From NCBI GenBank assembly GCA_036229005.1, contig JAZAMN010000031.1:32001-96000 (forward strand): a DNA stretch of 64,000 nt, given 5' to 3'. Source of the stretch: Myxococcota bacterium. Lineage in GTDB: Bacteria; Myxococcota_A; UBA796; CAJQPC01. Made by a program: the position numbers and the translations under genes. The notes beneath the pieces were generated by a model. That model made no database searches. It had not been told where the DNA came from and worked only from the letters and a program-made list of their open reading frames with translations. This document shows, piece after piece, positions 39,715 to 49,268 of this stretch (positions are counted from its first letter, which is position 1; each line of letters opens with the position of its first letter).

Positions 39715-40499
39715 GCCCCGCTCTGGGCATCCTCCTCCTCGGGGCGTGCGGGCCCCGGGCGCTCCCGGAGGTCGAAGAGGTGTGGACCGAGGACGCGACA
39801 GGAAACGCCCTCGCCGCCGACTACTACGACGCTGGGGAGGGGAGTCGACTGGTTGTGTTCTACGCACCAGCTTGGCCCGAGAGCGAATTGGACCGCACTC
39901 TCTGGCCGACAACCCTCCTTAAGAGCCTCCAGGCCAACGAGGTCTCAGTCCTCGCCATCGATCCAAGAGGCTTTGGAGCGTCAGGCGGACAGGAGCCGGA
40001 GCTCAGCGAGGTCCAGGAGCAGCCCTACTTCAACCACAACCTGATTCCCTGGCTGGAGTGGGCCGGCGACACAGGCCATGGGCCCCTCGGCCTGGGAACA
40101 GAGGGAACCGATGGACACAGGGCCCAGGTCTACCTGGAGAACACCAAGGCCTACCCCGACTACCCCCCAGTCTCGGCCGTTTCCGTCGGTGGCTCGGGCA
40201 CCAGCGACCAGGCCCCCGTCCAGCCCTCCAACAATCCGGAGATCCATCAGGTCTTCCACTGGTGGGACTACGAGCCCTACCAGGGCTTTGGTGAGCACCA
40301 AGAAGCGCTGATGGCCGACCCCGAGCCCACCTGGAGCTTTTGTCCGAACACGCTGAACTCACCGGGAGAAGTCCTCGAAGGCTACGAAGACCAAGTGCTC
40401 TCCTACGTCGAAGAGGGCTCCTCCCTCGCCCAACACCAAGCCGACTGGGAGGCCTGCCTGGTCACCTTCTTCGCGGAGACCTGGGACCCCGACGCCTGA
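39711..40499 (+). CDS. Alpha/beta-hydrolase-fold lipoprotein, tandem copy 3
   Basis: TTG start overlaps the previous stop (TTGA); IDPRGFGASGG. Confidence 0.8.
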   Translation: MSPALGILLLGACGPRALPEVEEVWTEDATGNALAADYYDAGEGSRLVVFYAPAWPESELDRTLWPTTLLKSLQANEVSVLAIDPRGFGASGGQEPELSEVQEQPYFNHNLIPWLEWAGDTGHGPLGLGTEGTDGHRAQVYLENTKAYPDYPPVSAVSVGGSGTSDQAPVQPSNNPEIHQVFHWWDYEPYQGFGEHQEALMADPEPTWSFCPNTLNSPGEVLEGYEDQVLSYVEEGSSLAQHQADWEACLVTFFAETWDPDA

Positions 40500-40538
40500 G
40501 CGCCCCGAGGGCGCAGGGGGCCTCAACCCTCTGTGGCC

Positions 40539-40802
40539 TCAGCCCTCCGCCACCGCCATCCCGCGCACCGCCAGCTCCCCCAGCGCCTGCTGCAGCGCCT
40601 CCAGGCTGCGGCGGCTGTACTCCTGGCACTGGGCCAGGGCGATGGGGTGCAGCTCTCCGCGGGCCACCCGGTGCGCCGCCCGCTGGCTCTGCTCCCTGGC
40701 GAAAGCGGCCTCCCCGTTGAGGAAGGCGCTCAAGCGCACGACGTCTTCCGACGCAAGATTACGCAGGAAGAACGCCAACTCTGGGTCCTTCTGGTGTGCC
40801 AT
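40539..40802 (-). CDS. Small hypothetical protein (87 aa)
   Basis: Helical ORF; TAGCAT 6 nt upstream of ATG. Confidence 0.6.
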   Translation of the reverse strand: MAHQKDPELAFFLRNLASEDVVRLSAFLNGEAAFAREQSQRAAHRVARGELHPIALAQCQEYSRRSLEALQQALGELAVRGMAVAEG

Positions 40803-40879
40803 GGACCCATGCTACACCCCACCCCCCGTAAGAAGACAGAGAAAACTGACGCCGCTCCCTTACACGGACCTGAGCCCCC

Positions 40880-42808
40880 TCAGAGGCTGCGGGGGTCCGT
40901 CAGGTGCCCGGTCACGGCGCTGGCCGCGGCCACAGCGGGGCTCACCAGGTAGACCGGCCCCGGAGCGCCCATACGGCGGGCGAAGTTCCGGTTGGTGGTC
41001 GAAGCGGTGGTCTCGCCCTCGTAAGGCACGCCCGGCCCATTGCCGATGCAGGAGCCGCAGCCCGGGGGACTCACGACGCCGCCCAGCTCGCGGAAGAGCG
41101 CCAGCAGGCCCTCGTCTTCGGCCTGCTTGGCGACCAGGTGGCTGGAGGGGGTCACTGTGAGGCGCACGCCATCGGCCAGCTCGCGGCCACGGAGCACCTC
41201 GGCTGCCGCCCGCAGATCGGCCAGGGAGCCGCCCGTGCAGGAGGCGATGACCACGTTGTGGATGGGCACCTGACCGTGATCGCTCAGGGGGGCCCGGTTC
41301 CGGGAGTCTCCAGGCGTGGCGACGGTCAGCGGCACCTGGTCCAGGTCCACGCGGATCACGCGGGCGTACTCGGCGCCCGGATCGGCATCCACCAGGCGCT
41401 CGCGGATGTCCGCTTCTGCCAGCCCGCGGCGCTCCTTGAGGAACTGCACGATGGGCTCACAGGGCGCGACCACACCGGTCATCAGGCCGCCCTCGACCGT
41501 CATGTTGGTGAGCACGGAGAGCTCGTCCACGTTCCACTGGTCCAGGCCGGGCCCGGCGAACTCCACCACGCAGGTGTCGGTGGGGCCGGTGCGCCAGTGC
41601 TCCTCGCGGAAGTAGGGGTCGCCGATCAGGTGCAGGATCAGGTCCTTGGGCGAGAGCACGCCCTGCGCGTCGCCGTGGATCTCCACCCGCACGACCTTGG
41701 GCACGGTCACGGGGATCAAGCCGGTGCGCAGCGCGAAGGCCATCGCGGTGCTGCCCACACCAAAGGCCATCGCGTTCATCACGCCCGCGGTGGGCGAGTG
41801 GGAGTCGGTCAGCACGATGACGTCGCCGGGCATCGCGTAGTCCTCGACCACGATGCGGTGGCAGACGCCCGGAGGGAAGGGCCGCCCGGGGCCGTGCAGG
41901 CGGATGCCGAAGCGCTCGGAGGCCTCGACCATCTCCTGGGTAAGCTGCATGGCCGGGCCCAGGCGGGCGCTCTTGACCTTGTCCGGGACCGTGGGCTGGT
42001 CGATCAGCACAAAGTGGTCCTCGAACGCCGCGACCTGCTCGGGGCGGTACATGGGGGCCTCGCCCCACTCCTTCGCGTACAGGTCCATGACCATGCCGGC
42101 GGTGTACTCGTGCATGCCGCGGAAGGCCGCCTGACACAGCACCTGGTCGCCCGGGCGCACATCGGCCACGCCGGTCTCGCGGTCATTGGGGCCCCGCCAG
42201 GTCTTGGCGGCGATGATCTTCTCGACCATGTTCAGCGCCCGGGCCGGTCGGTCCACGGGGTAGGTCGGGTGCACCTGCCCCTGCAGCAGCGCCGAGCCGT
42301 ACTTCATCAGCCCGCCGGCCGCCGAGACCGCCGCGAAGAAGGGCGGCAGCTCGCTCGCCAGCGCCGCGGTGTCCAGCTCCTCTCCCGCCTGCAGACGGTC
42401 CAGCACGCCGCGGTCCGTGGTGAAGGGCAGGCCCAGGTAGACCATGTTCTCCTGGAAGATCCGCTGGAAGGAGTCGGCCACCACCAGCTCCACGCCCGCG
42501 CCCTGGTGGGCCACGACCGCGTGCTCCCGAGAGCTGCCCGAGCCATAGGCGTGCCCGCCCACGATCACCTGGGTCCCGAAACCGCGCACGGCGTCGTGCT
42601 CCACGGTCTCCAGGAAGTCCTGCAGGAACCAGGGGCCCAGCACCTGCGGCGTGTAGCCCAGGGTGCAGGCCCGGCCCGAGATCATCGCGTCCGTGTTCAC
42701 CGCGAAGTGGTAGTCGGCGTCGACCAACTGGGGGTCCAGCCCCTTGAGCTGGGCAGCCAGCAGCTTGGGGTCGGCGGTCAGGTGAAGGATGCGTCCACTG
42801 AGCTTCAT
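40880..42808 (-). CDS. Aconitase-family dehydratase with N-terminal swivel (LeuD-like) domain fused to a LeuC-like domain
   Basis: YGSGSSREHA, SFQRIF.EN; DSHS, IASCTGG, PGCGSCIG, TTNRNF. Confidence 0.9.
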   Translation of the reverse strand: MKLSGRILHLTADPKLLAAQLKGLDPQLVDADYHFAVNTDAMISGRACTLGYTPQVLGPWFLQDFLETVEHDAVRGFGTQVIVGGHAYGSGSSREHAVVAHQGAGVELVVADSFQRIFQENMVYLGLPFTTDRGVLDRLQAGEELDTAALASELPPFFAAVSAAGGLMKYGSALLQGQVHPTYPVDRPARALNMVEKIIAAKTWRGPNDRETGVADVRPGDQVLCQAAFRGMHEYTAGMVMDLYAKEWGEAPMYRPEQVAAFEDHFVLIDQPTVPDKVKSARLGPAMQLTQEMVEASERFGIRLHGPGRPFPPGVCHRIVVEDYAMPGDVIVLTDSHSPTAGVMNAMAFGVGSTAMAFALRTGLIPVTVPKVVRVEIHGDAQGVLSPKDLILHLIGDPYFREEHWRTGPTDTCVVEFAGPGLDQWNVDELSVLTNMTVEGGLMTGVVAPCEPIVQFLKERRGLAEADIRERLVDADPGAEYARVIRVDLDQVPLTVATPGDSRNRAPLSDHGQVPIHNVVIASCTGGSLADLRAAAEVLRGRELADGVRLTVTPSSHLVAKQAEDEGLLALFRELGGVVSPPGCGSCIGNGPGVPYEGETTASTTNRNFARRMGAPGPVYLVSPAVAAASAVTGHLTDPRSL

Positions 42809-43567
42809 TCAGGTCTCCAGGCCCAGGCTCCCTAACCCGTGCTGCATGCCGCCTCTCCCCTCCCCCACCTGGAACTTTGCCGATTCTTGCAGCCAGGCGT
42901 TGACCCGGTCCCCCGCCAGCCCGCAGGCCCGCTCCAGAGGCGCCCCCAGCGCCAGATACGCCGCGATCGCCGAAGACAGCGTGCACCCCGTCCCGTGGTC
43001 GTTCCGGGTCTGCACAAATGGCCGGGTCCACCCCGCGACCTCGACCCCCTGCGGGCTGTAGAGCCGGTCCCGGAAGCCCCCCTCCACTCGCTGCCCCGTC
43101 ACCAGGGTCGAAGCGGCTGTGCGGCCCACCCAGCCTGCGTGCTCCACCTCCTGGACATTGGGGGTCAGCAGCACACAGCAGTCCGCCAGCGTCCCAAACG
43201 AGGTCACCTCGCCGGCGACCAGATCCTGACCGGAGCTGCTCTTGAGCACCGGATCCCAGACGGTGGGGATCCCCGTGGTGGACAGCAAGGCCCCCAGCTC
43301 GCCGGCCAGCTCCCCCTGCCCCAGCATCCCGATCTTGATGACCGCGGGGCGCATGTCGGCCAACACCACGCGCACCTGGTCCAGCACCACGTCGGTCGGC
43401 ACGGGGTGGATGCGGTGGACGCGCTGGCTGTCCTGGACCGTGACCGCCGTGATCGCGGAGGCGCCGACCAGCCCCAGGGCGTGAAAGACGCGGAGGTCCG
43501 CCTGGATACCGGCCCCCGCGCTGGAGTCGGAGCCGGCGATGGTCAGGGCGACTGGGGGAGAGGACAT
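42809..43567 (-). CDS. thiD: Hydroxymethylpyrimidine/phosphomethylpyrimidine kinase
   Basis: LTIAGSDSSAGAGIQADL, IKIGML, WDPVL, LTPN..E, HGTGCTLSSAIA. Confidence 0.93.
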   Translation of the reverse strand: MSSPPVALTIAGSDSSAGAGIQADLRVFHALGLVGASAITAVTVQDSQRVHRIHPVPTDVVLDQVRVVLADMRPAVIKIGMLGQGELAGELGALLSTTGIPTVWDPVLKSSSGQDLVAGEVTSFGTLADCCVLLTPNVQEVEHAGWVGRTAASTLVTGQRVEGGFRDRLYSPQGVEVAGWTRPFVQTRNDHGTGCTLSSAIAAYLALGAPLERACGLAGDRVNAWLQESAKFQVGEGRGGMQHGLGSLGLET

Positions 43568-43596
43568 GGCATCCTTGGGGGTGTTAGGGAGGGCCG

Positions 43597-44454
43597 ATGC
43601 TGCTCTTGATCCTGGCCTGCATGCCTCAGCTTCACTCCACCGACAGTGGAGAGCCCTCCTGTTCCGCATACCTCGACCAGGACGGCGACGGGTACGGGGC
43701 TGGTGAGTGCGTGCCACCGAACACCGCCGGCAGCGTGCAGGTCGGGGGGGACTGCGACGACGACAACGCCGAGGTGAACCCCGGGGCGACCGAGATCTGC
43801 GACGGCCTGGACAACGACTGCAGCGGCTCGGTCGACGACGACGCCACCGACGCCATCCAGATGTACTCGGACCGGGACGGCGACGGCTACGGCAAGCCCA
43901 CCTCGCCCGCGACCGCCTGCCCGGGCGCCGAGGGCTACGTCGCCAATGACCAGGACTGCGACGACGAGCGCTCAGACGTCAGCCCTGACGCCCTGGAGTA
44001 CTGCGACGGCATCGACAACGACTGCGACGACCAGACCGACGAGCCGGACGCCGAGGACGCGCCCCTCTGGCACGCCGACAACGACCGCGACGGATTCGGC
44101 ACGTACAACGCCCCCTTTGGCTTTCAGTGCAACTCGCCCGGCGACCTGTATGCCCCCAACAAGGACGACTGCGACGACAGCGACGCCAACGTCTATCCTG
44201 GGCAGACCGCTTGGTTCGGCGAGCCCAGCGTGGGCGGTATCTGGGACTACGACTGCAGCGGCAGCGCCGAGCTGGAGTACCCCTACTACCCCGAGTGCGA
44301 CTCGAACTGCAGCGGGATCGCGGTGCCTGGGCTCGTCACCTTGACTGGCCTCGCGGACTGCGGCGAGTGGGGAGACCTGGCGATTGGATGCAAATGGTAC
44401 TCCCTCTGCTCGCCCTACGGCGACGTGAGCCTCGACCAGCAGCGCTGCCACTGA
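43597..44454 (+). CDS. Lipoprotein with Cys/Asp 'putative metal-binding' (MopE-related) repeats
   Basis: MLLLILAC; repeated DCDD...PGA.E.CDG.DNDC and D.DGDGYG. Confidence 0.88.
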   Translation: MLLLILACMPQLHSTDSGEPSCSAYLDQDGDGYGAGECVPPNTAGSVQVGGDCDDDNAEVNPGATEICDGLDNDCSGSVDDDATDAIQMYSDRDGDGYGKPTSPATACPGAEGYVANDQDCDDERSDVSPDALEYCDGIDNDCDDQTDEPDAEDAPLWHADNDRDGFGTYNAPFGFQCNSPGDLYAPNKDDCDDSDANVYPGQTAWFGEPSVGGIWDYDCSGSAELEYPYYPECDSNCSGIAVPGLVTLTGLADCGEWGDLAIGCKWYSLCSPYGDVSLDQQRCH

Positions 44455-44471
44455 CCCCCCAACAGGACCCC

Positions 44472-45959
44472 ATGAACCAGAGCACCCCCTGGGCCCGCCT
44501 GCAGGCGCGCCTGAGCGAGATCGAGACCCTCAACCAGATCGGCAGCGTCCTGCACTGGGACCAGCAGGTCACCATGCCGGCCGGCGGCGCCAAGGCCCGG
44601 GCCACCCAGTCCGCGTTCATCACCGCCGAGCGCCACAAGCGCATGACCGCCCCCGAGCTGAGCGCCCTGGTCGAAGAGATCGCCCAGGCCCCCCAGGACG
44701 ACGTGCAGCGGGCCTCCGTGCGGAACCTGCGCCGTCAGCTCCGCCGCGCGAACGCCATGCCCGCCTCCCTGGTGCGCGAGCTCTCCGTCGCGCGCTCCGA
44801 GGCCTTCCCCGCCTGGGCCCAGGCCAAGCAGGACAAGGCCTTCCAGGCCTTCGTGCCCTACCTGGGCCGCCTGATCGAGCTCTCCCGCCAGGAGATCGCC
44901 TGCCTGCAGCAGGACGGCCAGGACCCCTACGACGTGCTGCTGGAGCCCTACGACCCCGGCACCACCGTCGCCCAGCTCGACCCCATGTTCGAGCGCCTGG
45001 GCGGCGAGCTCTCCGCCTTCCTGGAGCAGCTCTCCGGTCGACCCCACCCGGTCGAGCCTCTGACCGGCCCCTTCCCCATCGCCGGCCAGAAGGCCCTGCA
45101 CGCCGCCCTGGTCCCCACCCTCGGCTACGAGATGACCCGCGGGCGCCTGGACGAGGCCGAGCACCCCTTCACCATCGACATGGGCCCCGGCGACACCCGG
45201 ATCACCACCCACTACTACGAGGACGACCTGCTCTCCGGCCTGGGCGGCACCATCCACGAGACCGGCCACGGCCTCTACGAGCAGGGCCTCCCCGAAGCCC
45301 TCAGCGCAACGGGCGCGGGCGGCGCCGCCGGGATGGGCCTGCACGAGTCCCAGAGCCGCTTCTGGGAGAACGTCATCGGCCGCAGCCTGCCCTTCTGCGA
45401 GTGGCTGGCCCCCCAGGTCAGCGCGCACGTGGGCGTGCCCATGGACGGCCGCACCCTCTACGCCGCCAACAACCGCGTGGAGCCCGGGTTCATCCGGATC
45501 TTCGCCGACGAGGTCACCTACAACCTGCACATCGTCGTGCGCTACCAGCTCGAGCGGCAGATCTTCTCCGGCCAGTTGGACGTCCAGGACCTGGACCAGG
45601 CCTGGGCCGACGCCATGCAGGACAAGCTGGGCATCCGCCCCGGGTCCCCCGACAAGGGCGTGCTCCAGGACATCCACTGGGCGCAGGCCTACTTTGGCTA
45701 CTTCCCCAGCTACACCCTGGGGAACCTCTACGCCGCGAGCCTGGCCCGCGCGATGGAGGCGGCCCTGCCCGACATGTGGGAGCAGGTCGGTCGCGGCGAG
45801 TTCGGCGCCATCCTGGGCTGGCTGCGCACCCACGTGCACCACAAGGCCCACCTGCAGGACGCCCCCGAGATCATGGCCGCAGCCTGCGGCGAGCAGGACC
45901 ACGTGGCCAACTTCATGGCCCACGTCCGGGGCCGCCACGGAGCGCTCTACGGGGTGTAG
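44472..45959 (+). CDS. M32 metallocarboxypeptidase (Taq type)
   Basis: WDQ, HPF, RITT, HETGH, HESQSRFWEN, IRIFADE, QDIHW, GYFPSYTLG. Confidence 0.95.
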   Translation: MNQSTPWARLQARLSEIETLNQIGSVLHWDQQVTMPAGGAKARATQSAFITAERHKRMTAPELSALVEEIAQAPQDDVQRASVRNLRRQLRRANAMPASLVRELSVARSEAFPAWAQAKQDKAFQAFVPYLGRLIELSRQEIACLQQDGQDPYDVLLEPYDPGTTVAQLDPMFERLGGELSAFLEQLSGRPHPVEPLTGPFPIAGQKALHAALVPTLGYEMTRGRLDEAEHPFTIDMGPGDTRITTHYYEDDLLSGLGGTIHETGHGLYEQGLPEALSATGAGGAAGMGLHESQSRFWENVIGRSLPFCEWLAPQVSAHVGVPMDGRTLYAANNRVEPGFIRIFADEVTYNLHIVVRYQLERQIFSGQLDVQDLDQAWADAMQDKLGIRPGSPDKGVLQDIHWAQAYFGYFPSYTLGNLYAASLARAMEAALPDMWEQVGRGEFGAILGWLRTHVHHKAHLQDAPEIMAAACGEQDHVANFMAHVRGRHGALYGV

Positions 45960-46549
45960 GGTTCCAAGCCCTTTGGATGACTCACCCAGCGGGTCCCAGC
46001 GACAGCCAGTCGCCACGGGGCCCGTTGGTGCTCTGGGCTCGCGTACCCGATGCCCACCCGGGGCCCGTGCAGCACGCTCTGGGGTGGGGTCCCCTCCCGA
46101 AGCTCCAGCGGACCTGGGGAGAGCACGTCGTGGCCCGAGAGGCTGCGGTCGATCGCCAGCGCCTGCCCTACTTTTCCGGGGCCGGTCAGCAGCACGGGGC
46201 CGCTGCGCCCACCTCTCCGGGCTTGGATCTGCGCCAGACCGCTCACCGGCTCACAGGCCCGAACGAGGACACCGTGGCCCTGGGGCCCCGCGACGATGTT
46301 CAGCATGTGGTGGATGCCGTAGCAGAGGTAGACGTACGCGTGACCGGCCGGCCCGAACATCGGCTCGGTGCGCGCGGTGCGCCCCTTGGCCGAGTGTGCG
46401 GCGGTGTCGCTGGGGCCCCGGTAGGCCTCGACCTCGGTGATGGCCAGCGTGACCTCGCCGGCGACCAGGTGCATCCCCAGGAGCCTCCGAGCGGAGACCA
46501 GGGCGTCGTGGTGCAGGGACGCACGCTGCAGCAGATCGCCCCTGCTCAT
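45947..46549 (-). CDS. mpg: DNA-3-methyladenine glycosylase (MPG/AAG family)
   Basis: ITEVEAY, D.AAHS, YVYLCYGIH, VLVRA, GPGK, GPRVGI, PWR. Confidence 0.93.
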   Translation of the reverse strand: MSRGDLLQRASLHHDALVSARRLLGMHLVAGEVTLAITEVEAYRGPSDTAAHSAKGRTARTEPMFGPAGHAYVYLCYGIHHMLNIVAGPQGHGVLVRACEPVSGLAQIQARRGGRSGPVLLTGPGKVGQALAIDRSLSGHDVLSPGPLELREGTPPQSVLHGPRVGIGYASPEHQRAPWRLAVAGTRWVSHPKGLEPYTP

Positions 46550-47172
46550 CCCCCTGGAGCCCAGCCAAAGACCGACACCAGCACCGCGTACATCACCACC
46601 GGGATGACCAGCCCCAGGGCGCTCCCCAGCAGGTGGTAGCCCGGCTTGACCCCCGACAGCGCCAGCGCGTAGGTCACCGGCGGGTTGGCCACGAACACCG
46701 CGCGCAGGATGAACACCACCAGCAGCGGGCGCTCGTCCAGCTTGGAGAGCACGCGGCGGGCCCACTTGGCCTTGATCTCCTTGCCGGGGGTGCCGCCCAC
46801 CAGGCGCACGCCGTGGAACACGATGACGGACGCCGCGAAGGACGCGATCCAGGCGTAGAGACTCCCCCACCACACCCCCCAGGTGGCCTGGGCGAGCACG
46901 ATGAAGGGCACCGCAGGGACCTGCACGAAGTTCCCCGCGACCGTGGCGGCCACGAAGATCAGCACGCCCCAGGGGCCGGAAGACTCGATGGTCTCCCGGA
47001 TGGTCTCGAGCTCCAGCTTCTCGGTCAGCCCCGTCGCCCAGGCGATGCCCATGAAGCTGGCCAGGACCATGGCCAGGATGCCCAGACGCGCGCCCGCGGA
47101 CAGCCCCTTGGCCGCCGCTTGAGTCTCCCCCCCGGGTGCTGGCTCTCCGGGACTCTGGCCCGGGTCAGTCAC
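46546..47172 (-). CDS. TVP38/TMEM64 (DedA/VTT) membrane protein
   Basis: Hydrophobic ORF with FILRAVF..NPPVTYALALSGV pattern. Confidence 0.8.
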   Translation of the reverse strand: MTDPGQSPGEPAPGGETQAAAKGLSAGARLGILAMVLASFMGIAWATGLTEKLELETIRETIESSGPWGVLIFVAATVAGNFVQVPAVPFIVLAQATWGVWWGSLYAWIASFAASVIVFHGVRLVGGTPGKEIKAKWARRVLSKLDERPLLVVFILRAVFVANPPVTYALALSGVKPGYHLLGSALGLVIPVVMYAVLVSVFGWAPGG

Positions 47173-49090
47173 AGGTGCCGCCGCCCTCTCCAGAGGTCTC
47201 GCAGGCGCCCTCGCAATACTGGTTCACCACCCCGGTCTCGACAAAGTCCCGGAGCTGGAGCTGGGCAGGTGGGCTCCGGCGAGGACACTCGTGGGTGTCC
47301 CCCTCCTTCTCGGGGGGCAGGTTCTCCACGGGCTCGGTGGAGCCGTTGGGGTAGAACCACTCGACGATCGCGCTGCCCTCGAAGGGCGCCTCGGCCTCCT
47401 CCACGCCCCAGATCTCGCGGGTCTCCGGGTACACCGTCTTGGCGCCAAAGCCCCGGGCCAGCACCTGACCGCCCAGGGTCGTGACCTGCGCGTCGCCGAT
47501 GCCGTTCTGGATCAGCACCTGCTTGGCGTACTCCCCCTCCAGGGGCTCCTGGTTCAGCGCGCGCGTCCAGCCAGCGCCCTCGGCCGGGTCCCAGACCTGC
47601 TGCATCAGCGTGATGACCATGCGGATGTCGATCTGGTTGGGGAACTTGGCCTGGAAGACCAGGAAGAAGGGCTCGAAGTCCGCGGAGCGCGAGAGCAGCA
47701 GGCTGTAGGGGCCGCCGGCCACGCCGAACACGCCGCGCTCGATCTGGTTGGACATGCCCACGTAGGCCGGGCCCAGGATGCCGCCCTGCGAGTTGCCGTA
47801 GTAGGCAAAGCGCTCGGGATCCACCAGGGACGCGCCGTCCACGGACAGCTCCTCGTCCTGGCCCAGGTCGCCGCGGATGGCCATCAGCGCCAGGTCCATC
47901 TGCACAAAGCCCTGCAGCGAGCGCTCGGGCACCTGCGCGAAGTCGCTGGGGTCGTTGACCAGCATCAACGTCAGCGGGCCGGTGTCCTCCTGGGCCATGC
48001 CGATCCAGTCGCTGGCCATCAGGATCCACTTGTTGTCGTTGGCCATCTGGCTCAGGTAGCCGGACTTGACCTCGCTGCGGGAGCCCAGCAGGCCGTGGCC
48101 GTACTGCAGCACCATCGCGGGCTCAGGGTCCTCCAGCAGGCTGCAGGGGATGCGGATCATCACCTCGGCCGTGGTGTCGCCGTTGTAGTAGGGCTGGCCG
48201 TTCTCGTCGCGGGTCAGGAAGGTCGGCGCCTTCTCGGACTCCGTGTACATGGGCACCGTCATCTCGACGTGCAGGGTCTTGCCGATGTTGGCCCCCGTCG
48301 AGCAGTCCTCCTCGTCGATGCGTGTGATCTCGTAGCTGGGCCCGCCCGCGCCCACGCGCTCCTGGGCGTCGTCCCGGATGTCCACCGCCCGCCGCAGCGA
48401 GTTCTCCTTGGACACCGTCACAAAGTCCCAGGCGAGCTGGATCTCCCCGCGCTCCCAGCCATCGTCCACCAGCACCGGGAAGATCTGGTTGTCGTACCAG
48501 TCCCGCCGCCCCTCGATGTCCCAGTCGCGGGTCTCGGTGCCATCGCGCAGGGCCACGAACGCCTCGCTCTGGTCCACCGCCTCTCCGCTGGTCTTCTGCA
48601 GGTCCCGGATGCCGACCACGTAGCGGGTGCCGTGCTCCAGGGGCGCCATCGGCCGGATGATCAGCAGGCGCTCCGCGTCGCTCTCGGAGACCATGTCCAG
48701 CTCGGCGAACACCGGGGCGCGCTCCCCCGTCTCCGCGTTGATCAGCACCACCGGCGAGCCATCGGCCACGCTGGCGCCCAGGTCGTCGTGCCCCGGCAGG
48801 TTGCTGGGGTCCAGGTCCTCGAACCAGGTCAGCAGCGGCGTGAGGGTGGAGAAGCCATCCTTCTCGTTCCAGTAGGTCGGGTGCATCTGCACGCCGTCCT
48901 GGTTCGCGGGCAGCGCGGAGTCCCCGAACGCCACCTTCCAGCCGGAGTCCTGCGAGTCGTCCTGCACCATGTTGTAGGTGCTGGGAAAAGGCAGCGCGCA
49001 GCGGGTCTCGTCCACTGGATCGCAGCCGGTGAAGACCTCGTCGATGGGGGCTTCCTTGTCGCAGGCGAGCAGGGCCAGGAGGGTCAGCAT
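47165..49090 (-). CDS. Lipoprotein with N-terminal Ig-like/lipase-associated region and alpha/beta hydrolase domain
   Basis: MLTLLALLAC, LPFPS, DGFS, QYGHGLLGS, YYGNSQGGI nucleophile elbow. Confidence 0.82.
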   Translation of the reverse strand: MLTLLALLACDKEAPIDEVFTGCDPVDETRCALPFPSTYNMVQDDSQDSGWKVAFGDSALPANQDGVQMHPTYWNEKDGFSTLTPLLTWFEDLDPSNLPGHDDLGASVADGSPVVLINAETGERAPVFAELDMVSESDAERLLIIRPMAPLEHGTRYVVGIRDLQKTSGEAVDQSEAFVALRDGTETRDWDIEGRRDWYDNQIFPVLVDDGWERGEIQLAWDFVTVSKENSLRRAVDIRDDAQERVGAGGPSYEITRIDEEDCSTGANIGKTLHVEMTVPMYTESEKAPTFLTRDENGQPYYNGDTTAEVMIRIPCSLLEDPEPAMVLQYGHGLLGSRSEVKSGYLSQMANDNKWILMASDWIGMAQEDTGPLTLMLVNDPSDFAQVPERSLQGFVQMDLALMAIRGDLGQDEELSVDGASLVDPERFAYYGNSQGGILGPAYVGMSNQIERGVFGVAGGPYSLLLSRSADFEPFFLVFQAKFPNQIDIRMVITLMQQVWDPAEGAGWTRALNQEPLEGEYAKQVLIQNGIGDAQVTTLGGQVLARGFGAKTVYPETREIWGVEEAEAPFEGSAIVEWFYPNGSTEPVENLPPEKEGDTHECPRRSPPAQLQLRDFVETGVVNQYCEGACETSGEGGGTCD

Positions 49091-49268
49091 TTCTCTCTCC
49101 GGAGGGGGGATCTCAGGCCCACAAGCGTAGCCGAGCCCCACCGCTCGGGCCAAGGTTTGCCCACAATCGTGAACGCAATTCAGCCCATCGACGAGGACAG
49201 GCTTCCGCGCTCGGGTGGAAACGGCGGCCCGCACCGGATAGCCGCGCCTTCCTTCCTGGAGCGTCTGG

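Noticed and set aside
38165..40499. Triplet as a diversity-generating retroelement (TR/VR)
   Set aside because: No reverse transcriptase in the window, differences are not adenine-specific, and all three copies are full ORFs
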